64,000 nt of DNA, taken from positions 89,027-153,026 of the forward strand of contig CASELL010000001.1 of assembly GCA_949288805.1 (NCBI GenBank), given 5' to 3'. Both the position numbers and the translations under genes were made by a program. The notes beneath the pieces were generated by a model. The model did not search any database. It had not been told where the DNA came from and saw nothing but the letters and a program-made list of their open reading frames with translations. This DNA is from an uncultured Alphaproteobacteria bacterium (GTDB taxonomy: Bacteria; Pseudomonadota; Alphaproteobacteria; Rickettsiales; UBA1997). Of this stretch, positions 19,260-28,441 are shown piece after piece. How positions within the stretch are numbered: position 1 is the first letter of the stretch; every line of letters starts with the position of its first letter.

Positions 19260-20783
19260 TTAATATAACATTTCAAAACATTGTCTTAAAATTGATTTTT
19301 CTTTAAAATAATTTATATTATGAAGTAAATTCATAATTTTAGGATATTCATTAGATTTTTCATTATTTTCATCTTTTACCATCATAAAATCAAAAAACTC
19401 TTTATCAAAAATATATTTATAATTTTCATAATTTAAAGATTTAATTTTATTATATATTTCGTCATTATATTCTTTATTAAGCGATCCATTAGCGCAACTA
19501 ATATTATTAAAAATACATAAACCAATAAAATTTTTAATATTATATTCCTTATCTAATCTACAAGAAAAATTAATATTTTTTAAAAAATTACCTAAAATAT
19601 TAATATTTATATCTACAATATCATTTGTCTGATTATCAAATAATTTTTTATAAATTTCATTATTCTTTGTTTTTAAACAAATTAAAAACATTAAAGATAA
19701 AACATATAAGAAATCTAATTCTTCATTAAAATAATACTCAATAAATCTAAAAGCATAATTAATTTCTCTTAAATTTAATTTAAATAAATCAATAAATAAA
19801 TACGATATGTAATTTATAAACTCTTTTTCACCAAATGTAGGATAACTACCAAAAGCTATTTTAATATAGATACTATTATATATTTTATTTGTAATATCAG
19901 CCTCTTTAATTTTATTCTTTATATACTTTTTTAAATCAATATTATTATCAACATTTCTCAAATCAAAATGATAATCAAAAAATTTCTTAATATAACTATC
20001 AAAATCCATACTCAAACCATAAACAACTTTCATTGAAGATTTTAAATTATTGTCATCAACTGCTATTAAAAATACCATATTTTCAACATCATATATATGA
20101 TTTATTGCTTCTAAAAATTCAACAGCATAGTCAGGCCTACATCTGTCTAATTCATCAACTATAATTAATAATTTTGTGTTTTTTTGATTTTTATTTAAAG
20201 ATTCAATATATTGACCTAATACATTTTGTATATTTTGTATATATTTTTTGTAATTTTTATATTCTTCATCAATATTGTTTTGTTGTAATTGTTCTAGAAA
20301 ATCTTTATTTAAACAAGCATCTTTAATTTCTTTTATTATTTCTTTACTTTCTTCTTTTATATATAATTTATCTAACAATAAATTAAAAAATGATTTCCCA
20401 ATTACAGGTAACGAATTTTTGCCAACTTTTGTTGCTATTGTGGTAAATTTAGATAAAGTATCTTTAAAACTTTTTTTAATATTCTTTTCGTCTATAGAAT
20501 CTAAAATAGACAAACCAATACTTAATATAGGATTGTTTAAAACATCATCTTGCCAAGCATTAATTTTTAAGATTTTAAAATTATTTTTAAAATCAAAATC
20601 TTCATGTTCTCCTTCTATAAAATTTTGTAAAGAATTTAAAAAATATGTTTTGCCAGTTCCATATTTGCCATATAAAGCTAAAGTATATGTTTTGTGCTCT
20701 TTGTTTGTTTCTGAAAATATTTCAATATTTCTGATAATACTTTTTATTAATTCTTTTCTTGCTTCTAATAAATCTTCAAACAT
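19260..20783 (-). CDS. KAP-family P-loop NTPase (intact paralog, 507 aa)
   Basis: Walker A LYGKYGTGKTYFLNSL and KAP Walker B region LLIIVDELDRCRPDYAVEFLEAINHIY. Confidence 0.8.
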   Translation of the reverse strand: MFEDLLEARKELIKSIIRNIEIFSETNKEHKTYTLALYGKYGTGKTYFLNSLQNFIEGEHEDFDFKNNFKILKINAWQDDVLNNPILSIGLSILDSIDEKNIKKSFKDTLSKFTTIATKVGKNSLPVIGKSFFNLLLDKLYIKEESKEIIKEIKDACLNKDFLEQLQQNNIDEEYKNYKKYIQNIQNVLGQYIESLNKNQKNTKLLIIVDELDRCRPDYAVEFLEAINHIYDVENMVFLIAVDDNNLKSSMKVVYGLSMDFDSYIKKFFDYHFDLRNVDNNIDLKKYIKNKIKEADITNKIYNSIYIKIAFGSYPTFGEKEFINYISYLFIDLFKLNLREINYAFRFIEYYFNEELDFLYVLSLMFLICLKTKNNEIYKKLFDNQTNDIVDININILGNFLKNINFSCRLDKEYNIKNFIGLCIFNNISCANGSLNKEYNDEIYNKIKSLNYENYKYIFDKEFFDFMMVKDENNEKSNEYPKIMNLLHNINYFKEKSILRQCFEMLY

Positions 20784-21032
20784 GATATATTTTTTTATTA
20801 ATAATAATTTCTAGTTTAAAAAATATATATTTTAAAGCAACTATAAAAATATAAAAAAAATCTAAAAAATATATTGACATTGTTCTATGTTGATAATTTT
20901 CATTTTAATAATGTATAATCTATTATATATTATTAACGTTATTTAAAAAACGCATATTTTGTTGTTAAAGTTTTTTGTATCTTTAAACATATTACTTCCA
21001 CACACAAATAAATATTTTTTTCAAATTCAACC

Positions 21033-21060
21033 TTGACAAACAAAACAAAAAATATATATT
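21033..21060 (+). promoter_or_regulatory. Sigma70-like promoter candidate for bamE-like/rdgB
   Basis: TTGACA (21033-21038), 16-nt spacer, TATATT (21055-21060), 25 nt upstream of the ATG at 21086. Confidence 0.4.
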
Positions 21061-21085
21061 TTAATTACAAGAAAAAGAAAAGAAC

Positions 21086-21493
21086 ATGAAAAAAATATTT
21101 TTAATACTATTCATACTACTTGGTGCCTGCACCATAAAACAAAACAGAGGCTTTTACTTCACCGACAAAGACAAGGTTGAAAACTTCGACGTCTACAACT
21201 TCACAAAACAAGATGTAATAGACAACATAGGCTACCCATCCGTAGAATTAAACGACAATACTTGGTTATATTATTCATACACAACAGAAAATTACAATTT
21301 TTTAAGACCAAAAATAAAAAGTGAAGATATTTTAATTGTGTACTTTGACGAGAAAGACAATGTAAGTAAATATTCTTACACTACAAAAGAAGACACAAAA
21401 AATCTAAAAAGTATAAAAAAAGAAGATACGGGCGAGAAAAAGAATATATTTAAAAGTATTTTTGATGGATTAATGTTCACTCCAACAATGTAG
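21086..21493 (+). CDS. BamE (SmpA/OmlA)-like outer-membrane lipoprotein
   Basis: Lipobox LLGAC. FTKQDVIDNIGYPSVELNDNTWLYYSY fits the SmpA_OmlA pattern. Size 135 aa. Confidence 0.6.
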   Translation: MKKIFLILFILLGACTIKQNRGFYFTDKDKVENFDVYNFTKQDVIDNIGYPSVELNDNTWLYYSYTTENYNFLRPKIKSEDILIVYFDEKDNVSKYSYTTKEDTKNLKSIKKEDTGEKKNIFKSIFDGLMFTPTM

Positions 21494-21499
21494 GTTTTT

Positions 21500-22099
21500 A
21501 TGATTAAAAAAATATTATTAGCAACAAAAAATAATGGCAAAATTGAAGAGTTTAAAAAATTATTAAGTAATTTTGACATTGAAGTTTTATCTTTAAGAGA
21601 TTTTGATATTGAAGAACCAGAAGAGAATGGCAAAACTTTTCAAGAAAATTCAATTATAAAAGCAAAATATTATGCCGAAAAATTAAAAATATCTTCAATA
21701 GCCGATGATTCTGGTTTATGTATTAATGCTTTAAATGGTTTTCCATCAATATATTCTGCTAGAATAAATGGAGATAATAAAGATTACAAAAATACATTTA
21801 ATTTTTTAGAATTGTTATTTAAACATAACAATATAAAAGATCTTTCTGCTTTTTTTGTTTGTAATGTTAGTTTTTATGATTATGATAAAAAGGAAACTTT
21901 TTCTTTCGAAGGTAAAGTTAATGGAAATATTGATTTTACAATAAAAGGAGAAAGTGGTTTTGGTTATGATCCAATTTTTGTTCCTAATGGTTATAATCAA
22001 ACTTTCGCAGAATTAGGCATGGAAGAGAAAAACAAAATTAGTCATAGAGCACTTGCTTTTAATAATTTTATAAATTGGTTTAAAGAATATAACAAATAA
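21500..22099 (+). CDS. rdgB: RdgB/HAM1-family non-canonical purine NTP pyrophosphatase
   Basis: LATKNNGKIEEF at the N-terminus, SGFGYDPIFVP and KNKISHRALAF near the C-terminus. Confidence 0.9.
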   Translation: MIKKILLATKNNGKIEEFKKLLSNFDIEVLSLRDFDIEEPEENGKTFQENSIIKAKYYAEKLKISSIADDSGLCINALNGFPSIYSARINGDNKDYKNTFNFLELLFKHNNIKDLSAFFVCNVSFYDYDKKETFSFEGKVNGNIDFTIKGESGFGYDPIFVPNGYNQTFAELGMEEKNKISHRALAFNNFINWFKEYNK

Positions 22100-22102
22100 T
22101 AG

Positions 22103-23227
22103 CTAGATAATATTTCTAGCTATTTTATCAAAACTATTACTATTTTCTGTAATTAGATTGATTATATCTTTACAACGTTCTTCATCAATATCAAACATAC
22201 TACCTATATTAATTAGATCATTATTACTTATATCTTTACCTTTACCATTTATTGTTGTTGTATGTTCTCCATTTATTCCATTGGATTTTGTTAAATCATA
22301 TGCTGGGCTTAATTTCCAATTTTCTTTGCTATCCATTAAAAAAGAAAAGTTTTTTGAGTGGTCATCTTTGTTTTCTATTATAACATTAAAACACATTAAT
22401 CTATACATTTTTATAACTTCATTAAAATCTTTTGTAATTAATTTTGTTAATTTTAATAAATCTATATAGTCAATAAAAGTTGTTCTAAAATCAATATTTA
22501 ACAATCCAGCAACTGAATGTAAATGTAATTTTTTATTGTCATCAATTCTATCAAATCTTTGAGTAGCAAAATAACCAACACAATTTTTTGAAGGCAATAA
22601 AACTGTTTTAGACATTTCTATATTTGATTTTTTAGCAATAATAGAATAAACATATTCTTTTAATCCTATATCATAATCATCCATATTTGATCGAAACTTA
22701 ATTATGTAATCTGTGCCTTTTTTAGATATAATATTTTTATTGTTTAATTTCACTGTAATTTTAGGTCTAGCACCACAAGATGAACCATTTAGTTTTAGTA
22801 AATCATCTACAAAATAATTTGAATTATTTAATACTTCAATAGATTCGTTTGCTAATTTATCAAGTTCTATATTGTTTATGTTATTTTCTAAAATATTATT
22901 TGCTGGTTCATATTCTAATGCTCCAAACCCATTGTCTCCAACAAAACTTAAATAATCAAATTCATTTACATTTTTAATATTATTTTTTTTAAAATATCTA
23001 TTTATTAATAATCTACCCCAACCATCAGCAATGTTATCTTTAAAAACCCCATGTAAATCAAAATTATTTGTATATATTTGATTATTAAATGGCAAGGTTA
23101 TTGGACTTATATTAATATTTTTACTTAAAAAATCATTATCATATTGAAAATATATTTTTTTATTAGAAATTGCTAATTCTCCAACTTTAACTCTATTATT
23201 CTCAATATTTATAAAAACATTCATCAT
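22103..23227 (-). CDS. hipA: HipA-family toxin kinase (type II TA)
   Basis: N-terminal coupling region VKVGELAISNKKIYFQYDNDF. Catalytic-loop-like ENKDDHSKNFSFLM. 4-nt ATGA overlap with the upstream XRE gene. Confidence 0.85.
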   Translation of the reverse strand: MMNVFINIENNRVKVGELAISNKKIYFQYDNDFLSKNINISPITLPFNNQIYTNNFDLHGVFKDNIADGWGRLLINRYFKKNNIKNVNEFDYLSFVGDNGFGALEYEPANNILENNINNIELDKLANESIEVLNNSNYFVDDLLKLNGSSCGARPKITVKLNNKNIISKKGTDYIIKFRSNMDDYDIGLKEYVYSIIAKKSNIEMSKTVLLPSKNCVGYFATQRFDRIDDNKKLHLHSVAGLLNIDFRTTFIDYIDLLKLTKLITKDFNEVIKMYRLMCFNVIIENKDDHSKNFSFLMDSKENWKLSPAYDLTKSNGINGEHTTTINGKGKDISNNDLINIGSMFDIDEERCKDIINLITENSNSFDKIARNII

Positions 23228-23514
23228 ATCATTTTATCTTCGTTTTTTAATAAATCTTTTAAATTTTTAAAATTATTTGTAGATATTTTAAATAAATTAT
23301 CAAAATCATTTTGACTATCCAATATAAAAGCTATTTTAAGCAAACTTTTAAAAGATATTTCCCCAGTTCTTTCAAATCTTTTTAAAGACCCTAAACTCAC
23401 ACCACTTTTATTTGACAATTGTTGTTGAGTTAATTTATATAATTTTCTTTTATTTCTAACTCTTAAAGAAATATCTTTTATTATTTCTTGTTCTGTTTTT
23501 AAATTAGATAACAT
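23224..23514 (-). CDS. XRE-family HTH antitoxin (HipB-like)
   Basis: LTQQQLSNKSGVSLGSLKRFERTGEISFKSLLKIAFIL is a Cro/C1-type HTH. The gene is translationally coupled to hipA. Confidence 0.75.
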   Translation of the reverse strand: MLSNLKTEQEIIKDISLRVRNKRKLYKLTQQQLSNKSGVSLGSLKRFERTGEISFKSLLKIAFILDSQNDFDNLFKISTNNFKNLKDLLKNEDKMI

Positions 23515-23580
23515 ATTAGTTATATTATATAATTTTTTAATAAAATAGATAATATATTAACTAAAATAAAAATCAACAAA

Positions 23581-24272
23581 TTATTTTTTCTTATACTTTA
23601 AACACTTAACAGGACAGTTTGATATACATTCAAAACAACCTATACAGTTTGGATGATTAACAAATTCAGTACTTTCAACTTTAATATTCATAGGACAAAC
23701 TTTATCACATTTATGACAATGAACACAGATATTATTGTCTCTTTTAATACTAAACAATCTAAAAGAACTTAACAAACCATAAAAAGCACCTTTCTCACAA
23801 AAATAATTACACCAAGGCCTATCAATAAAAATTGAAGTAATTAAAAATATACCAATGATAGAATATAAAAGTGTAGATAATTCAATACCTCTCAATATAT
23901 CACCAAAAGAACCCTTGGATTCCAACCACTCATAGATATTAACTTTACAAATACCAAAGAATATAAAAAGTATCTTGTATAAACTAGATATTTTTGAATT
24001 TTATCTGGAACTCTATATCTTTTTATTTTTAATTTTTTAGATATTTTATTTATAAAATCTCGAATTGCTCCAAATGGACATATCCAACCACAATAAAATA
24101 CACCGAAAAATATTATAAATAGTACTAAATAAGTGCCTATTTTTGTATATTTGAATGTTATAGTAATAGTTAATATAATTATAAGTAATTGAATTGTAGT
24201 TCTTATTTTTGCATATAGATTAAAAAGATTTATATAAATTAATAATAAAATTATTTCTTTAATTGTAAACAT
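23581..24272 (-). pseudogene. Membrane 4Fe-4S-binding protein (NapH/YccM-like) split into two overlapping ORFs
   Basis: The upstream ORF has CGWICPFGAIRDF. The downstream ORF has RPWCNYFCEKGAFYG plus two ferredoxin motifs, CVHCHKCDKVCP and CIGCFECISNCP. The frames overlap at 23892-23925. Confidence 0.6.
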
Positions 24273-24304
24273 TGTAAATTAATTAATTCTATTTAAAATA
24301 CATT

Positions 24305-25195
24305 TTGATTATAAAAAAATGTTTATTTATGATTAATAATAATGTCATTTTACTAACAATAGCTTTAAAAGTTCCAATATTTTTTACAATAGCTTTAATA
24401 ATTGTAAAATTTTTAGTATATAAAATAACTGGTTCTTTGGCTATATTTTCATCATTTACAGATTCTTCATTAGATTTTGTAAGTTCATTAATAACATTTG
24501 TTGCTTTAAAATACTCATTAAAAAAAGAAAATCATAAATATAATTATGGCTATCATGGTGTAATTGACATAGCAACTGTAATAATAGCAGGTTTTATTAT
24601 AGCTACTTCAATAACAGTATTTTATAAATCAATAATTAATCTAATTAACAAAACTGTAATTGAATATTCCGATGCTTCTGTTTATGCTATGTCTTTTTCC
24701 ACATTATCATCAATAGTAATATCTCTATTCTTGTATTATGTTTATAGAAAAACTCAATCAATTTTAGTTAGAAGTGAAATAGCACATTATTCTTCTGATA
24801 TTTTTACTAATGCTGGTGTATTAATATCTTTATTAGTAGGCAAATTTTATACTAGTTATTTAATAGATCCAATTATAGCTATTATTATGGCCTTAATATC
24901 GTTAAAACCAGCAACAGATATACTTATAAATGCTATAAATAATATCATGTCAAAAGAAGTTGATGAAGATATAAGACAAAAAATAATAGAAATAGCAACT
25001 AGAGACAAAACTGTTATGGGTTACCATAAATTTAAAACAAGAAAATCTGGTGAAAGAATATTTATTCAAATGGATATTGAATTGCCTAGTGATATAACTT
25101 TTAAATTAGCTCATGATATAGTAGATAAAATACAATATGATGTTGAAAACGAAATTGAGAATAGTGAAATAATTTTACATGCAGATCCAAGATAA
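24305..25195 (+). CDS. Cation diffusion facilitator (CDF) transporter, FieF-like, with C-terminal cytoplasmic domain
   Basis: TGSLAIFSSFTDSSLDFVSS (TM2 metal site) and HYSSDIFTN (TM5 site). C-terminal ...GYHKFKTRKSGERIFIQMDIEL... The TTG start at 24305 may really be the ATG at 24329. Confidence 0.8.
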   Translation: MIIKKCLFMINNNVILLTIALKVPIFFTIALIIVKFLVYKITGSLAIFSSFTDSSLDFVSSLITFVALKYSLKKENHKYNYGYHGVIDIATVIIAGFIIATSITVFYKSIINLINKTVIEYSDASVYAMSFSTLSSIVISLFLYYVYRKTQSILVRSEIAHYSSDIFTNAGVLISLLVGKFYTSYLIDPIIAIIMALISLKPATDILINAINNIMSKEVDEDIRQKIIEIATRDKTVMGYHKFKTRKSGERIFIQMDIELPSDITFKLAHDIVDKIQYDVENEIENSEIILHADPR

Positions 25196-25196
25196 A

Positions 25197-26156
25197 TTAA
25201 AAATGTTCACATATAAAATTAAACTTTTCTTCATTGGACATTTTTGATATTAGATTGATATTATTATCAACAGTATCTAATCTATGTTTTAATCCAATTC
25301 TGTTTGCTATTTGTATAGCTAATCCAGGTCTGGCATTTATTTCAAGTAATAAAGCACCTCTTGTTTTGTCTAAAACAATATCAACTCCAACATAATTTAA
25401 GTTAGTTATTTCACAAGCTTTATAAGCAATGGCTAAATGTTCTTCCCAATTAGGAATAATAAGTTTTGATAAATCGGCTTTTGTATCTGGATGAATTGAT
25501 ATTGGTTTACCTTTCATAACAGCATATGAAGCTTTACCATTTTTTAAATCAATACCAACTCCAACAGCACCTTGATGTAAATTAGCTTTACCATTAGACA
25601 TAGAAGTTGATAATCGCATCATAGATAAAACTGGCATTCCTTTATATATTATAATTCTAGCATCAGGAACACCTTGATAGCTGTATTCTTTAAAAATATC
25701 AGTAAATTGAATCATTTCTTCAATAATAATAACATCATTTTTTCCACCTAAACTATAAAGCCCACTTAAAATATTAAAACAATGTTCGTTTATTTCTTTT
25801 AATGTCAAAACATGATTCGAAGCAGTTGTAAAAGTATTATTATTAAAACTTTTAATTACAACTATACCTTTACCTCCACTGCCCTGTGCTGGTTTAATAA
25901 CAAATTCTTTATAGTCTTTTACTATATTTAAAAGATTTTTTACTTCATAACTAAAATTAATTACTCCTATAACTTTTGTAGTATTAATACCATTACTTAA
26001 AGCTATTTTCTTAGTTTCTAATTTATTATCTACAAGTGGAAAATATTTTCTATTATTTTGTGATAAGACATAGTTATGATTTCTAGCATTTATACCTAAA
26101 ATACCATTCTTTTTTAATTCTTTATAAGTTTTAAATAAATTAATCATTTTTTTCAA
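25197..26156 (-). CDS. Alpha-L-glutamate ligase-related ATP-grasp enzyme (RimK-like)
   Basis: ATP-grasp features VIKPAQGSGGKGIVV, ...VGVDIVLDKTRGALLLEINARPGL. Its stop is 1 nt from the convergent CDF stop. Confidence 0.8.
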   Translation of the reverse strand: MKKMINLFKTYKELKKNGILGINARNHNYVLSQNNRKYFPLVDNKLETKKIALSNGINTTKVIGVINFSYEVKNLLNIVKDYKEFVIKPAQGSGGKGIVVIKSFNNNTFTTASNHVLTLKEINEHCFNILSGLYSLGGKNDVIIIEEMIQFTDIFKEYSYQGVPDARIIIYKGMPVLSMMRLSTSMSNGKANLHQGAVGVGIDLKNGKASYAVMKGKPISIHPDTKADLSKLIIPNWEEHLAIAYKACEITNLNYVGVDIVLDKTRGALLLEINARPGLAIQIANRIGLKHRLDTVDNNINLISKMSNEEKFNFICEHF

Positions 26157-27684
26157 TTAAAGTTTTAAATCTTGTAAGTTCAGTTAATCTATAACCTGTA
26201 TAAGTTCCAATTAACATAACTAAAAATAAAATACATACATTTAATTCATTAAATACATACATCATATATCTTATTTGTTCACTACTAATAACTAAATAAG
26301 TTAAGGAAGCAACAAGTAAAGTATGAATATTTTGATTTAATGCTTCTTTTTCTCCACTTTCTTCTATTAAAATTGTAGATCTTTCTATAATCCAAGCTGT
26401 AATAATTAATGGGAAAAATAATAAAGACAAACCAATTCTTATATTTAAGTTATAACTCAATACAGTTAAAATTTGTATTAAAAATATAACAAATATAACA
26501 ACAGACGATATTCTTGGAACTAATAATAGGTTCATTTTTGAAAATAACTTTCTAATGAATAATCCAATAGATATCAAAAATATAAAAGCAATCAACCCTC
26601 TAATTAAACCTGTTTCAATAAATGACATAGCTATTAATATTGGAGTAAAAGTTCCTAATGTTTTTATACCAACCATATTTCTTAATATAACTATAACCAA
26701 TATAGCTAATGGAAATGTAGCAATAATTTTAAGAATATTTTGCTCTCTAATCGGTAAATTATACATAGAATATTTAAAAGATCCTTCTGCAGAATTTAAC
26801 TCTGCTTTATATTTAGATAAAAATAAAGTATTGTATTTATTTTTTAAAACAGAAAACAATATTGTTGAATCTTTACCACCCTCAATATCAAGTAAAGAAT
26901 CTCCACCATGCTGAAAAATAATAAAATTATTAGGTAATCCAATAGATCCAGTATTTAAATCATAAACTTTCCATTCGTTATTATAATAAGCCTCTAATAA
27001 TAAATCTGCTTTTTGAAAAGTTTTACCTTCAACAAGTTTAACTCCTCTAATCATTCTAACAGGAATATTTTCAAAAGAAAGAAGAGATTTTGCTATATTA
27101 AATATATCTTTTTGATCTATTTTTAAAGGTAAAAATGTTTGTACTTCTGGAATTGCTGGTTTCTCATTTAAAATTGATATCAAATTAGAGATAAAATCTT
27201 TATCATTATTTGTATTTTTAGCTATATCAACTATTTTTTTAGCAGATTTTAATTGATTATCATCAAAATATGGTTTTTCAACTTTACCATTAAATCTTTC
27301 ATTTTTATGATTAGGTCTAAAACCATTATCTAAAACTAAAACTTTGTAGTATAATTTTTCTATATCTCCTTGTTTTAAATTATCTTTTGTAAAATTAATG
27401 ATATTTCTATAATTTGAATGTGTTTCAGTAATTTTATAATTATCGGCAGTGGTTGTATCTGCCAAAATGTTTTTGTTATTAGGGGTTGTTAAAGATAACT
27501 TAACAGGACCACCAAGCGCTTCATAAGTTATTTTTGCTTCTACTAACCAAACATTAATTTTATCATTAGGATTTATTGAAAAACCATAATATCTTGTTTT
27601 ATAATATATAGAATATAAAGCATATATAAAAGATAAACTAAAACATATAAACAATATTAAACTAAGAGATATTTTTTTCTTCAT
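26140..27684 (-). CDS. N-terminal transglutaminase-like (probably inactive) domain fused to a multi-TM (7TM-type) module
   Basis: Signal/anchor helix, a soluble region of about 300 aa, then about 7 hydrophobic helices (ILKIIATFPLAILVIVILRN ... VCILFLVMLIGTYTGY). The family call rests mainly on its position between the ATP-grasp and DUF785-like genes. Confidence 0.55.
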   Translation of the reverse strand: MKKKISLSLILFICFSLSFIYALYSIYYKTRYYGFSINPNDKINVWLVEAKITYEALGGPVKLSLTTPNNKNILADTTTADNYKITETHSNYRNIINFTKDNLKQGDIEKLYYKVLVLDNGFRPNHKNERFNGKVEKPYFDDNQLKSAKKIVDIAKNTNNDKDFISNLISILNEKPAIPEVQTFLPLKIDQKDIFNIAKSLLSFENIPVRMIRGVKLVEGKTFQKADLLLEAYYNNEWKVYDLNTGSIGLPNNFIIFQHGGDSLLDIEGGKDSTILFSVLKNKYNTLFLSKYKAELNSAEGSFKYSMYNLPIREQNILKIIATFPLAILVIVILRNMVGIKTLGTFTPILIAMSFIETGLIRGLIAFIFLISIGLFIRKLFSKMNLLLVPRISSVVIFVIFLIQILTVLSYNLNIRIGLSLLFFPLIITAWIIERSTILIEESGEKEALNQNIHTLLVASLTYLVISSEQIRYMMYVFNELNVCILFLVMLIGTYTGYRLTELTRFKTLIEKND

Positions 27685-27696
27685 ATATTAACCAAA

Positions 27697-28272
27697 TTAA
27701 TTTAAACTATTCTTAATACTAACATCAACAACAGCTAGGCCACTTAAAATATTTCTACCAATTAAAACTTGATAGTTAAACTTTTCTCTATTACCAAGAT
27801 TAAACTCTTTTGTAAATAATTGATTTCCAATTTTAATCTCCATATTTACAACTATTCTTTTTTCATTTTCTCCTTGTTGTCTCTTTATAAATGTTTTTCT
27901 AACAATTTTTTTCTCAAATGTCCTTTTTTCTTTCGTTTTTCTATTTTTTACATCAAAAGATACCCATGGTTCACCATCCCTCTCGAACTCTTTTATATTA
28001 AACGCATCTATTGAAGATGTTTCAGCTCCAGTATCTATTCTAGCATAAAACACAGAATCTATATCTTTTAAATAAACAGGTTCAACCTCACCAATAATAC
28101 CAAGTGGATAATATACATCAGCTTTAATATCTTTTCTTGCTATTTTTTCACAAAAAGACTCTTGATCAACAATTGTATTTTTTGTAGCAGTATTTACATT
28201 TTTAACATTATTACAGCAAGCACTTAAGAATAAAAAAATTAATACTCTTTTCATATATTTTTTTAAAAACAA
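27697..28272 (-). CDS. Retropepsin-like aspartic peptidase domain protein (DUF785, annotated 'ATP-dependent zinc protease' family), lipoprotein-like
   Basis: ARIDTGAETSSIDA contains the D-T-G-A aspartic protease signature. C-terminal VLIGRNILSG. N-terminal signal with Cys (LFLSACC). Confidence 0.7.
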   Translation of the reverse strand: MFLKKYMKRVLIFLFLSACCNNVKNVNTATKNTIVDQESFCEKIARKDIKADVYYPLGIIGEVEPVYLKDIDSVFYARIDTGAETSSIDAFNIKEFERDGEPWVSFDVKNRKTKEKRTFEKKIVRKTFIKRQQGENEKRIVVNMEIKIGNQLFTKEFNLGNREKFNYQVLIGRNILSGLAVVDVSIKNSLN

Positions 28273-28336
28273 CTAGATAAAATATAATATAAGCTTCAAA
28301 AAAGTCAATAACTTTTAATTGAAATGAAATAGAACG

Positions 28337-28408
28337 TTGGGCTGGCAGGATTCGAACCTGCGCATGATAGGATCAAAACCTATTGCCTTACCGCTTGGCT
28401 ACAGCCCA
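28337..28408 (-). tRNA. tRNA-Gln (anticodon UUG)
   Basis: Hand-folded cloverleaf: TGGGCTG TA GCC AAGCGGTAA GGC A ATAGG TTTTGAT CCTAT CATGC GCAGG TTCGAAT CCTGC CAGCCCA A. It parallels E. coli tRNA-Gln arm by arm. CCA is not encoded. Confidence 0.9.
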
Positions 28409-28441
28409 TACAGCATTATTATAAAATATTTTTTTTAAAAA

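Noticed and set aside
20275-20814. 179-aa plus-strand ORF, and similar shadow ORFs (569-889, 2013-2348, 3425-3730, 6439-6750, 22158-22469, 26555-26914, 28917-29186, 30776-31123, 59307-59660 and others)
   Set aside because: All lie antisense within genes that have strong motif support. Their products are low-complexity Ile/Phe/Ser/Leu-rich strings typical of the reverse frame of AT-rich coding DNA.
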